Origin: Verrucomicrobiota bacterium
GTDB lineage: Bacteria; Verrucomicrobiota; Verrucomicrobiia; Limisphaerales; CANJSG01
Direction: 5' to 3'
Assembly: GCA_043775315.1 (NCBI GenBank)
Contig: JAYVSO010000010.1
Span: forward strand, 17,631 to 81,630
Length of the DNA: 64,000 bases
Shown here: piece after piece, positions 25,735 to 33,715 of the stretch
Numbering within the stretch: position 1 is the stretch's first letter
Layout of the letters: the number at the start of each line of letters is the position of its first letter
Translations under genes and position numbers: made by a program
Notes under the pieces: model-generated
Told to the model about the DNA's origin: nothing
What the model saw: only the letters and a program-made list of their open reading frames with translations
Database searches by the model: none

Positions 25735-26664
25735 TAAATCATCCAGAGCCGATCCCAGCTCCGGAAACCGGAAACGATAACCGGCTTCGAGGAGCCGGCC
25801 GGGAACGACACGACGGCTCTTCAGCAGCAGCTCCGTCTCCGTCCGCAGGAAGAATGCGCCCACCTCCACCATCCATTTCGCAGCGGGAAGCTCAACGCCC
25901 AGACCTTAACGCCGCCGGAACTCGCGCATCCATTCGGTGTTCCTCACGGGATTGGGCGCGGAAAGATTCACCGCGCCGGCAATGTCTGGACGGCGAATCA
26001 GGAACTCGATCGCGCCGATCAGATCCGCCTCGTGCAGCCAACTCATGTATTGCCGCCCACCCGCAAGTGTCCCGCCGAGACCGAGACGCGCCAGTATACG
26101 GAACGGCACGAACACTCCGCCGTCACGACCAAGCACCATGGCGATGCGGAGCATCACCTTGCGGGTTCGGGGCGTGACGGCAGCCTCCATCGCACCCTCC
26201 CAGGCGCGACAGACATCGACGGAAAATCCGGAACCAATCTCGCCCGTGGCCTCGTCCATCGGACGATCCTCGGCATGGCGGTAGATGGTGGCGGAAGCCG
26301 AATTGAACCAGACGACGGGCGGCCGTGCGCATCGTGCGATCGCCTGTCCAAGAACCCGTGTCGACTTGACGCGCGACACCAGGATCAACCGGCGGTTCTC
26401 CGCGTTGTAGCGGCAATCGACGCTGCGCCCGGCGAGGTTGATCAAGGCATCCGCCCCTTCGAGTTCGCTGGTCCACTCACCGGCAGTCTCGCCGTCCCAG
26501 AGAACTTGTTTTGCGTCGAGCCCAGGAACCGGCCGTCGGACAAGCCCGACAACCTCGTCACCTTGCGCGCGGAACCATCGCACAAGGCTGCGCCCGAGGA
26601 AGCCGCCCGCAGCGGCAATGACGATCCGACGCGGTTGAGCTTTGGATACGGGTGGTTGATTCAT
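25735..26664 (-). pseudogene. TIGR01777/YfcH-like NAD-dependent epimerase (DUF1731 C-terminus), interrupted by in-frame TAA and abutted by the IS remnant
   Basis: Rossmann motif IVIAAAGGFLG. Track ORFs 25906..26730 and 25210..25872 are in the same frame, separated only by the TAA at 25906-25908. The DUF1731-like tail ..LLLKSRRVVPGRLLEAGYRFRFPELGSALDDL runs straight into the IS inverted repeat. Confidence 0.7.
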
Positions 26665-26675
26665 CTCGGGTCCTT

Positions 26676-27485
26676 TCAATTCATGCATTCCGGCGAGCCC
26701 ATCCAGACATCGCCCACGCCGTCGGAACAAGTGACGCCGACGAGCCGGGCCCCGGAGAGTTCAGGAAATGTCGCGCCGAGGATCGACGTCTCGCACCCCA
26801 CCACGCGGCAGCGGCGCTGCTGCCACGGCGGATGCCAGATGCGAAACCGGCGACGACGACCGCCGCGATCCGTGAACGCCGTGTAACGCTCCATCAGAAA
26901 CTCGGTCTCCGATCCCGATTCGCACGGCCGATCGGGGCCGACCGCTTCAAACTCGCCTTCGAACCGGCCGTCGCCCCGGCGGGGTTTCACGGAGATCTGT
27001 CGCACACCAGAATCGTTGCTCAGATCAAAATTACCCGCCCGATACGGCAGTCCATAGACTGGCCCGCCCAACGGGACGCTCAACCGGTTCGACAGCCATT
27101 CGACGAGGAACTGGATGCCAGCCTCGTCGCCATGGCGCACATAGGTGCGAAGGTTGAGAAACCAACTGCGCGTAAAGGGCGCGAAGAGAGGTTCGGTGGG
27201 GCCTGGAAAAATCCGCAGGCGCATCCGGTCCATGTGGAAGACTACCAGCGACACGAACGCGCGCCCGTGAAAGAGATCGAGCGCGAACGGAGTCAGCCGC
27301 TGCAGGCGCACCGGATCCACCTCGAAGTGGGCCATCAACACAGCGGTCCAATCAGCGAGGAGAAGCGGTTCGCCATCCGCACGCTCCATCCGGAATTTGG
27401 CTTCGGCCGACGGCGGCCTGCACTCGGCGCACAGTGCACCATCACCAGCCCGACCCGACCTTTTTTCTATTGGAGTCCCGTTCAT
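26676..27485 (-). CDS. DUF2071 (YqjF-like) domain protein
   Basis: WTAVLMAHFEVDPVRLQRL..GRAFVSLVVFHM..FLNLRTYVRHGDEAGIQFL pattern typical of DUF2071. Confidence 0.65.
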   Translation of the reverse strand: MNGTPIEKRSGRAGDGALCAECRPPSAEAKFRMERADGEPLLLADWTAVLMAHFEVDPVRLQRLTPFALDLFHGRAFVSLVVFHMDRMRLRIFPGPTEPLFAPFTRSWFLNLRTYVRHGDEAGIQFLVEWLSNRLSVPLGGPVYGLPYRAGNFDLSNDSGVRQISVKPRRGDGRFEGEFEAVGPDRPCESGSETEFLMERYTAFTDRGGRRRRFRIWHPPWQQRRCRVVGCETSILGATFPELSGARLVGVTCSDGVGDVWMGSPECMN

Positions 27486-27539
27486 CGTGTCTCCTTTCGA
27501 TCTCCGGCTTCGAGGCTACCGGCAGCCCATTCCTCCGAA

Positions 27540-28295
27540 CTAGCCGCCGAACTTCGCCATAGACGGGTTGACTTGTTTGATCCCCAGGGAATGCCACTCG
27601 TGCTCGATGTCGCGCATCAGGAACGCGCTGTCGAACTCGGCCGAAGCGCCAAGGCGCGTCATGAAATCCGACCGGACTTCATCCACGGCGAGAGGTCGCA
27701 TCCGCCACGTCTTGCACCGGAGCTCCATACCGTCGACGACGTCGCCCCGCGGCGTGGCCGACCACCCGATCGAGCCGGCTTGGAAGAACGCGTTGGCCTC
27801 GTCAATCGTTCCAAGGATCGAGTCGGCCGGCATCAAGTCGGTCTCGGTGCCGCTCACACGAACATCCACCTGGCTTCGGACCCCCGTCACCTCCATCGAG
27901 ATGCGCGGCGCATTCTCGCGGACTGCAAACCGGGCCGCTCCGTGATGCCCGGGAAACACCCGGCCGCCTGCCAGCCGGTTGATCCAGGAATCCGTGTCGC
28001 GACGCGGAATAAACACGCCGCTGCGGATCCGCCCGGCTTCATCCCACTCGATCGCGATGCGATGGGCGGCGTTCTCCGAAGCCAAGCCGCACCAAGCCGG
28101 CAAGCCACGGGGACGAACCTGTTCGAGACGGATCAGACAGATACCCGCGATGGCGTGGCCCTTGATGAGCTTCACACGAAACGGCGCGGGCACAAACGGC
28201 TCCAGCGCCTCCGGCCGCACCCGGAAGTTGACGAGGATCCGCCGCTTGATCCGGCCCGCCATGACGGGAGCCAGCATTGGAAACCCACTTTTCAT
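27540..28295 (-). CDS. DUF2071-like protein (second copy)
   Basis: RILVNFRVRPEALEPFVP..GHAIAGICLIRLE.. pattern. The ATG at 28295 overlaps the upstream stop (ATGA). The track ORF to 28535 is over-extended. Confidence 0.6.
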   Translation of the reverse strand: MKSGFPMLAPVMAGRIKRRILVNFRVRPEALEPFVPAPFRVKLIKGHAIAGICLIRLEQVRPRGLPAWCGLASENAAHRIAIEWDEAGRIRSGVFIPRRDTDSWINRLAGGRVFPGHHGAARFAVRENAPRISMEVTGVRSQVDVRVSGTETDLMPADSILGTIDEANAFFQAGSIGWSATPRGDVVDGMELRCKTWRMRPLAVDEVRSDFMTRLGASAEFDSAFLMRDIEHEWHSLGIKQVNPSMAKFGG

Positions 28296-29674
28296 GATGT
28301 CTGCTTCTCCTCGGCCAGCCGCTTGATGTGGTCCAACACGCGCCGGTGAATCGTATGGATGATGTAGTCCGACCACACCTGCCAGTAGTGCGACGGCCAG
28401 AGCCCGTGGCGATACCAGGTCGTCCCTTCCAGAATGGTTCCTCCGCCCGGTCGCGGCGTCAGGAAAAACTGCCCCTGCTCCGACTCCAGAAAACCGCGCA
28501 GATGCGGCGCATGCACCTCGCGATACGGCGTCCATTCCTGCATCGGCTCGGGATTCGACGTGACCGCGAAGCGGAGCAGGCGTGGTTCATCCCAGACCGT
28601 GATCGGCTCCACGAACGGGCCCGTCGAGAAGAGGCAAAGACGGACGGCTCCGACACCCTGGCCGTTGATCTCGGCGCGAATGGGATAGGCGATGCCCGCC
28701 TTGAAGATGGCTTCCGTCGGTTCCGGGAGCTGCGAGAACGACACCACATGCCGCCAGACCGTGGTGGCCGGCGCTGCGATCTCGATGCGCGTGTGGACGG
28801 CGATGAGTTCAGCCTCGGGCTTCATCAGCTTCTCCCCGCCCAGCAGGAGCGGCAGGACAAGCAGGTTGACACACATGAGCCGGCCCCGCGTCCCTGCTTC
28901 CACGGACAGGCTCACGGCACAGCCAAACGCCGCTCCCATGAAAGCCAGCAAGATTGCGAGCGGCGCCGCCATGAGGATGCAGATGACGCCTTCCAGCGCC
29001 ACGGCCATCAGGATCCCGCCAACGAATACGCACGCCAGCACCGCGCTGCCCATAGCGTCGCTCCAACGAGTTTCATTGCCGAACGACACGATCAGCGCGG
29101 TTATGAATCCCATGCAGAAGGGCAGCCCGGCGAAGAGCGCCCAACCGTAGCTTTGAAGCAGGTGTGTTCCCAGCCAGACAACACCCGCCGCCAACACTGC
29201 TGTCATTCCCGCCGCCGCAATGCCAGCGCCCCAGCGCGATTTTGGAAGCCAGCGAGCCGATGGTTTTCCGAGAGATTTACAGGGAGCGATGTCCAACCTC
29301 CTTGGCGGAATCACCACCAGCACGGCGAAGAAGAGGAACTTGATGACCGGCACGAAGAAGAGCAGCGAAAGCCAGAGCGGAAGTCCCGCCGACCTGAGCC
29401 GCTTCACCGTCAGCGTCATCCCCGCCCAGATGAACGGCATTGCCAGCGCAAACATCGAGAGCTTCCAGCCATCCACATCGGGCTGGGCCAGCGGATTCAC
29501 GGCATAGCCCCAGGCCACCTTGTAGTTTGAGAACGACCACGCCTGGTCGAGCCAGAGCCAGGAGAGCACGCGGTCGAAGTTGAATTTCAGGATGGCCAGG
29601 AACAGTCCCCAGCCGGCAAACGCCGTCCTTCCAATTGTTCCTTCCGGCAGCAGGCGTCGCAAAAATGTGTTCAC
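28292..29674 (-). CDS. Polytopic membrane protein with C-terminal SRPBCC (START/polyketide-cyclase-like) ligand-binding domain
   Basis: About 8 predicted TM helices, then ..IEIAAPATTVWRHVVSFSQLPEP..VEPITVWDEPRLLRFAV..GQFFLTPRPGGGTILEGTTWY... The GTG start overlaps the upstream stop. Confidence 0.65.
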   Translation of the reverse strand: MNTFLRRLLPEGTIGRTAFAGWGLFLAILKFNFDRVLSWLWLDQAWSFSNYKVAWGYAVNPLAQPDVDGWKLSMFALAMPFIWAGMTLTVKRLRSAGLPLWLSLLFFVPVIKFLFFAVLVVIPPRRLDIAPCKSLGKPSARWLPKSRWGAGIAAAGMTAVLAAGVVWLGTHLLQSYGWALFAGLPFCMGFITALIVSFGNETRWSDAMGSAVLACVFVGGILMAVALEGVICILMAAPLAILLAFMGAAFGCAVSLSVEAGTRGRLMCVNLLVLPLLLGGEKLMKPEAELIAVHTRIEIAAPATTVWRHVVSFSQLPEPTEAIFKAGIAYPIRAEINGQGVGAVRLCLFSTGPFVEPITVWDEPRLLRFAVTSNPEPMQEWTPYREVHAPHLRGFLESEQGQFFLTPRPGGGTILEGTTWYRHGLWPSHYWQVWSDYIIHTIHRRVLDHIKRLAEEKQTS

Positions 29675-30087
29675 GGCTTGCCTCCCTTGACCGCCGCCCA
29701 GATGAACACAAACGGGAGAATGGCGAAGATGACGTTGGTGATCTGGTAACCCACGCGATAGGCCCAGTTGGTCAGATACGGTCGCACATCGAATATGAAC
29801 ACCTCAACGAAGAGCCTGAGCATCCAGAAGACGGCTAGGAACCAGCAGAAGCCCCGCGCCAAGCCGCTGCCAGCCGCCAACTCGGCCGCGTTGAACGTCG
29901 TGATCAATCCGAGGCTGAGCAGGCTCAGCCCGATGAAGGCGTAGCAGACCCAGAACAGATTCCTGATGAACGGCGGCAGGACAGCCACGTGCTTCCTGAG
30001 CCCCACAGCTCCCGGCATCAGCGAGCCGGGGATGATCAGGCTTAGTTGCAGCAAGCCGGCGAGTTGCAGAATGAGTTCAAGTTTCAT
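29671..30087 (-). CDS. Small integral membrane protein (4 TM), unknown function
   Basis: Four hydrophobic helices, operon position, and a stop overlapping the next start. Confidence 0.6.
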   Translation of the reverse strand: MKLELILQLAGLLQLSLIIPGSLMPGAVGLRKHVAVLPPFIRNLFWVCYAFIGLSLLSLGLITTFNAAELAAGSGLARGFCWFLAVFWMLRLFVEVFIFDVRPYLTNWAYRVGYQITNVIFAILPFVFIWAAVKGGKP

Positions 30088-30103
30088 GGAGGCTTCTCCT
30101 TTC

Positions 30104-30490
30104 TCAGCGCGCTGGGAGGGCGGGCGGATGGAGTTGCGCCATCTTGGCCGCGCCTTTGCGCCTCATGTTGTTAAAATTGATCATGTTGAAAAAGTGCATG
30201 GCTCCGAGCACGAGCATGACGACGCCAAGCTTCGACGCGAGGTATTCGACGCCTTCCATCACGGTGTCCGGATGGGTCCCAATCTTCAGGAAGAGCAGGA
30301 TGAACCCGAGGTTGATCAGGTAGAATCCGACGACGAGGAGATGGTTGACCGATCCGGCCATCTCGGTGTTTCCGCCGAAGGCGTCGACGAGAAAGATACG
30401 GCCGTTGCGATAGAGCGTGCGGGCGACCCAGACGGTCATGGCGATGCTGACTGTGGCGTAAGCGGCATATGCGAGCAGGATGGTGTTCAT
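30104..30490 (-). CDS. Small integral membrane protein (3-4 TM), unknown function
   Basis: MNTILLAYAAYATVSIAMTVWVA.. hydrophobic helices. The ATG at 30490 was confirmed in the sequence. The track ORF to 30901 is over-extended. Confidence 0.6.
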   Translation of the reverse strand: MNTILLAYAAYATVSIAMTVWVARTLYRNGRIFLVDAFGGNTEMAGSVNHLLVVGFYLINLGFILLFLKIGTHPDTVMEGVEYLASKLGVVMLVLGAMHFFNMINFNNMRRKGAAKMAQLHPPALPAR

Positions 30491-30537
30491 AGGATTCCTT
30501 TCTTTCTTATCCGGCCGGCCGGTGCTTCGTCCCGACC

Positions 30538-31440
30538 TCAGGAGAGGAGAGACGAAACAGCGGCGACAAAGGGGACTATCACCGTCCGAAAGAATTGCGG
30601 CGGAAACAGGGCCGGCACCGGCGCCAACACGGCGAACAGGGTGTAGGCCCGGCCCTTCCAGCCGCTTCCAAGACCCGCAGCATGGGCGAGCGGAGTCTTC
30701 TCCAAGATCAGGGCGAGTCCCTGAATGAGAAAGTAGAAGGTCGGCAGTCCGTAGCCGCCACCGGCGGGAATGGTGATGACCAGTTCGTGGACCAGACCCG
30801 AGACGACGAAGACCAGGAGCATCGCACCACGCCCTCCTATCAAACCGGCAAACGGACGGAACAGAAGCCGATGCGCAACCTGTTGGAAGGCGAGGTTCCA
30901 TCTCCGTCCCCAGAATTCGGCGAGAGTTTCGGCCACAAAAGGATTCCGCATGATGGGCTCAACCGCGATGCCTGTTTTGCGAAGCAACGCCGACATGATG
31001 TGGAAGACCCCAAAGTGGAGCGTGAGAATAATTGCGCCCCATGCGATCCATCCGGCCGCGAGTTCATGGTCCGCCGCCAACCTGGGAGCCGCTCCAAGAA
31101 AGAGCAGTCCGCCGACGGACATCCACGCGAGTCCTTGGGCGATGTCGGCCCAACGAACGGGGCTGGCCTCGGTTCGTCCATGGAATGGCTTCGTGTCCAT
31201 TCCGGGCCAGCCCCACCAGAGAAGTCGCGCAGCCGAGGGGGCTTTCGCGAAGGCCGGATCGCCTTCCGCCATGGCCCATTTGCACCCCAGCCAGATCAGC
31301 CCGGCCGCGATCCACATCTGCAACCATCGGGGCTCGCACCGGACGACCGCGACGACGGCCAGCGCAAGGAGCAGCGGCAGAATCCGGCCCCACCGGATAC
31401 CCGCGCCGCGCATTTGCGTGCTGGTCATCATGGTGTTCAT
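30538..31440 (-). CDS. MBOAT_2 / wax-synthase-like membrane-bound O-acyltransferase family protein
   Basis: LAEFWGRRWNLAFQQ motif and SGLVHE histidine motif within a polytopic membrane protein. The ATG at 31440 overlaps the upstream stop (ATGA). Confidence 0.65.
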   Translation of the reverse strand: MNTMMTSTQMRGAGIRWGRILPLLLALAVVAVVRCEPRWLQMWIAAGLIWLGCKWAMAEGDPAFAKAPSAARLLWWGWPGMDTKPFHGRTEASPVRWADIAQGLAWMSVGGLLFLGAAPRLAADHELAAGWIAWGAIILTLHFGVFHIMSALLRKTGIAVEPIMRNPFVAETLAEFWGRRWNLAFQQVAHRLLFRPFAGLIGGRGAMLLVFVVSGLVHELVITIPAGGGYGLPTFYFLIQGLALILEKTPLAHAAGLGSGWKGRAYTLFAVLAPVPALFPPQFFRTVIVPFVAAVSSLLS

Positions 31441-31877
31441 GGCATCTCGAAGAAGGCAGCGTGGCCGTGTTGGTTGTGGGCGGCGATGCGTTCGGGAACC
31501 TTGCAGACGCCAAGCCGGTGGCGGTTCCGGGCCACCCATTTGTAAGCGCGGTCGACGAAGAAACGAATGACCGGAAGGCCCATGAACCATCCAGCCGGGG
31601 CGAAATACCACACGGCCCAGGTCATGGCGGCGATGGCGGCGGCGCCACCAAGGATGCGACCGTCCGCGAGGAGAAGTTTCATCTCGTCGGGCATTACCGT
31701 GACTCCAAGCCGCTCGGCCAGCCAATGGTTCTGGAGCGGCACGAAGGTGAAGCCCCGCTTCTCGAAGACGCCCTGCCAGCGGCGGACGAGGTTGCAGCAG
31801 AAACCGCAGTCGCCGTCGTAGCCGACCCAGCCCACGAATCCTTCACCACCGTTGTTGTCAGTTGTTTCTGTATTCAC
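31437..31877 (-). CDS. DCC-family thiol-disulfide oxidoreductase (DUF393)
   Basis: YDGDCGFCCNLVRRW motif (DxxCxxC) near the N-terminus, with two C-terminal hydrophobic helices. GTG start. Confidence 0.7.
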   Translation of the reverse strand: MNTETTDNNGGEGFVGWVGYDGDCGFCCNLVRRWQGVFEKRGFTFVPLQNHWLAERLGVTVMPDEMKLLLADGRILGGAAAIAAMTWAVWYFAPAGWFMGLPVIRFFVDRAYKWVARNRHRLGVCKVPERIAAHNQHGHAAFFEMP

Positions 31878-31899
31878 AGAAATACTTTCCTAAAAAATT

Positions 31900-32460
31900 T
31901 CAACCGCCGAGGCCGAGAAGCTTCACGGCCTTGTCACCGAGCTTGAGGAAACGGGTCAGAGCCGACACCGGCAGCTTGCGGACCTGCTCATACCACGCGT
32001 TCGACGTCTCGAAGAAACCCTGCAACTCCCGCAGGCGCTGCTCGGTGTATTCGGAGGTCTCCTTGTCCTTCTCGGCCTGATCGATGCACTCGCGGAGGAT
32101 CTCCAGCGTGGGATCGATCTCGCGGCGCTTGCGCTCGTCGAGCACGACACGGAAGAGCTCCCAGACATCCTTCATGCTCTCGAAGTGATCCCGGCGGTCC
32201 CCCATCACATGGACGACTTTCACGATTTTCCAGTTCTGGAGCTCCTTCAGGCTGTTGCTGACGTTCGAACGCGCGACACCCAGTTCGTCGCAGATCTCCT
32301 CGGCGTTCATCGGCCTGGGCGCGATGAACAGCAGGGCGTGGATCTGGGCGACAGTGCGGTTGATGCCCCAGCGGACTCCCATCTCCCCCCAGTGGAGGAT
32401 GAACCTCTCTTCGACCGGCGACATTTTCTTTATTTCTGTCACGACAGAAATGTCGGACAT
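31900..32460 (-). CDS. GbsR/MarR family transcriptional regulator
   Basis: FILHWGEMGVRWGINRTVAQIHALLFIAPRPMNAEEICDELGVARSNVSNSLKELQNW winged-helix segment typical of GbsR-type regulators. Confidence 0.75.
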   Translation of the reverse strand: MSDISVVTEIKKMSPVEERFILHWGEMGVRWGINRTVAQIHALLFIAPRPMNAEEICDELGVARSNVSNSLKELQNWKIVKVVHVMGDRRDHFESMKDVWELFRVVLDERKRREIDPTLEILRECIDQAEKDKETSEYTEQRLRELQGFFETSNAWYEQVRKLPVSALTRFLKLGDKAVKLLGLGG

Positions 32461-32558
32461 TCTGGATTCCGTGTCAATGCAGGAGAATCAGGAATCAGTC
32501 CGGTCCTTCAGTCAGTCCTCGGCGCGGCGTTGCCGGACCGCCCGGGTGGTCCCATCTT

Positions 32559-33644
32559 TTGGCCGTGGCCACATTATCCAGCAGGACGCATGCGGGGAGC
32601 TTTCGGTCGACAATCCTCGTCGGGTGCGTGCTGCTTTGCGCCGGGTGGAATCTTTCCGGAGCCGCAGTGACCACAGGTCAAATCGGGGCCGCCAGATTCA
32701 CCATCTCCTTGCCCGCTACGAACTGGAACGGCTCGGTCCTGCTGCTGGCCCACGGCTTCCGATCTGACGGCGCGCCTCTGCTCGCGGATCTCGAAGAATC
32801 CAACCCGCAATTCATCGCCCTGCGAAACGCGGGATGGCTCGTCGCAAGCACCAGCTTCCGGCGGAACGGCATGATCATCCGCGACGCCATCGACGACCTC
32901 GATCAACTCCGCGACCACATCGCCAAAGTCCACGGTCAACCGAAACGCGTCTTCGTGCAGGGCGAGTCGATGGGTGGGACCATCGCAACTCTGATGGCGG
33001 AACGTCCTACCGGGCGCTACGTGGGCTTCCTCGCCATCGGCGCCGCGCTGGAAGCAGCCGATCAGGAAAATCCGTTGAAGCCCACCGGCCAACCGCGCGT
33101 TCCCCTGCTGTTCCTCAGCAACCGAAGCGAAGTCGACGGTCCTTCAGCTTACAGCGCCAAAGTCACGGAGAAGCCGAAACCCGTCGTCTGGCGTGTGGAC
33201 CGCGACGGCCATGTGAATGTGAACTCGGCCGAACGCGCCCAAGCGCTCACGGCATTGGTCGGATGGGCCGCAGGAACGCGCCCGTCCCCGGCCGCCGTCG
33301 CGACCGTTCCGCCGAAGCCGGGTGCCTCGACAGCCAAGCGGATCCTGGGTCGCAGGGCGGAGGGTTCGATCACGAAGGTCAATCCGTTCTATGGCAATCT
33401 GACGACAAGCCTCCTAGCCGCCGACCTCGAAAGCGCGGGCGTGAAGGCGAGGTCGCGTTTCAGCCTGACGCTTGGCGGCCAGACCGTGGACGTGCTCTAT
33501 GGCTCCGACTTCGGCGACGTGCCCAAGGGGGAATGGGTGGCGTTCGTCAACGCGGAGGGATTCGTCTTCATATCGAAGAACTGGGACAACGCGGCCAAGG
33601 CGACGGGCGTGAAGACGGGCGATACAGTCACAGTGGACCGGTAG
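32559..33644 (+). CDS. Secreted alpha/beta-hydrolase fused to a SAM-hydroxide-adenosyltransferase (DUF62) C-terminal-like domain
   Basis: Signal-like N-terminus and nucleophile elbow GESMGG. C-terminal ~110 aa (..KVNPFYGNLTTSLL..GDVPKGEWVAFVNAEGFVFIS..GVKTGDTVTV) resemble the SAM_HAT C-domain. The start codon is TTG or GTG and is uncertain. Confidence 0.55.
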   Translation: MAVATLSSRTHAGSFRSTILVGCVLLCAGWNLSGAAVTTGQIGAARFTISLPATNWNGSVLLLAHGFRSDGAPLLADLEESNPQFIALRNAGWLVASTSFRRNGMIIRDAIDDLDQLRDHIAKVHGQPKRVFVQGESMGGTIATLMAERPTGRYVGFLAIGAALEAADQENPLKPTGQPRVPLLFLSNRSEVDGPSAYSAKVTEKPKPVVWRVDRDGHVNVNSAERAQALTALVGWAAGTRPSPAAVATVPPKPGASTAKRILGRRAEGSITKVNPFYGNLTTSLLAADLESAGVKARSRFSLTLGGQTVDVLYGSDFGDVPKGEWVAFVNAEGFVFISKNWDNAAKATGVKTGDTVTVDR

Positions 33645-33715
33645 TCCAAACCCTCATTCCTCGTCTTCTGTTCCCAGCGGCCGTAGCGCAAGACAAAGGC
33701 GGGGAGGCTCATTTC

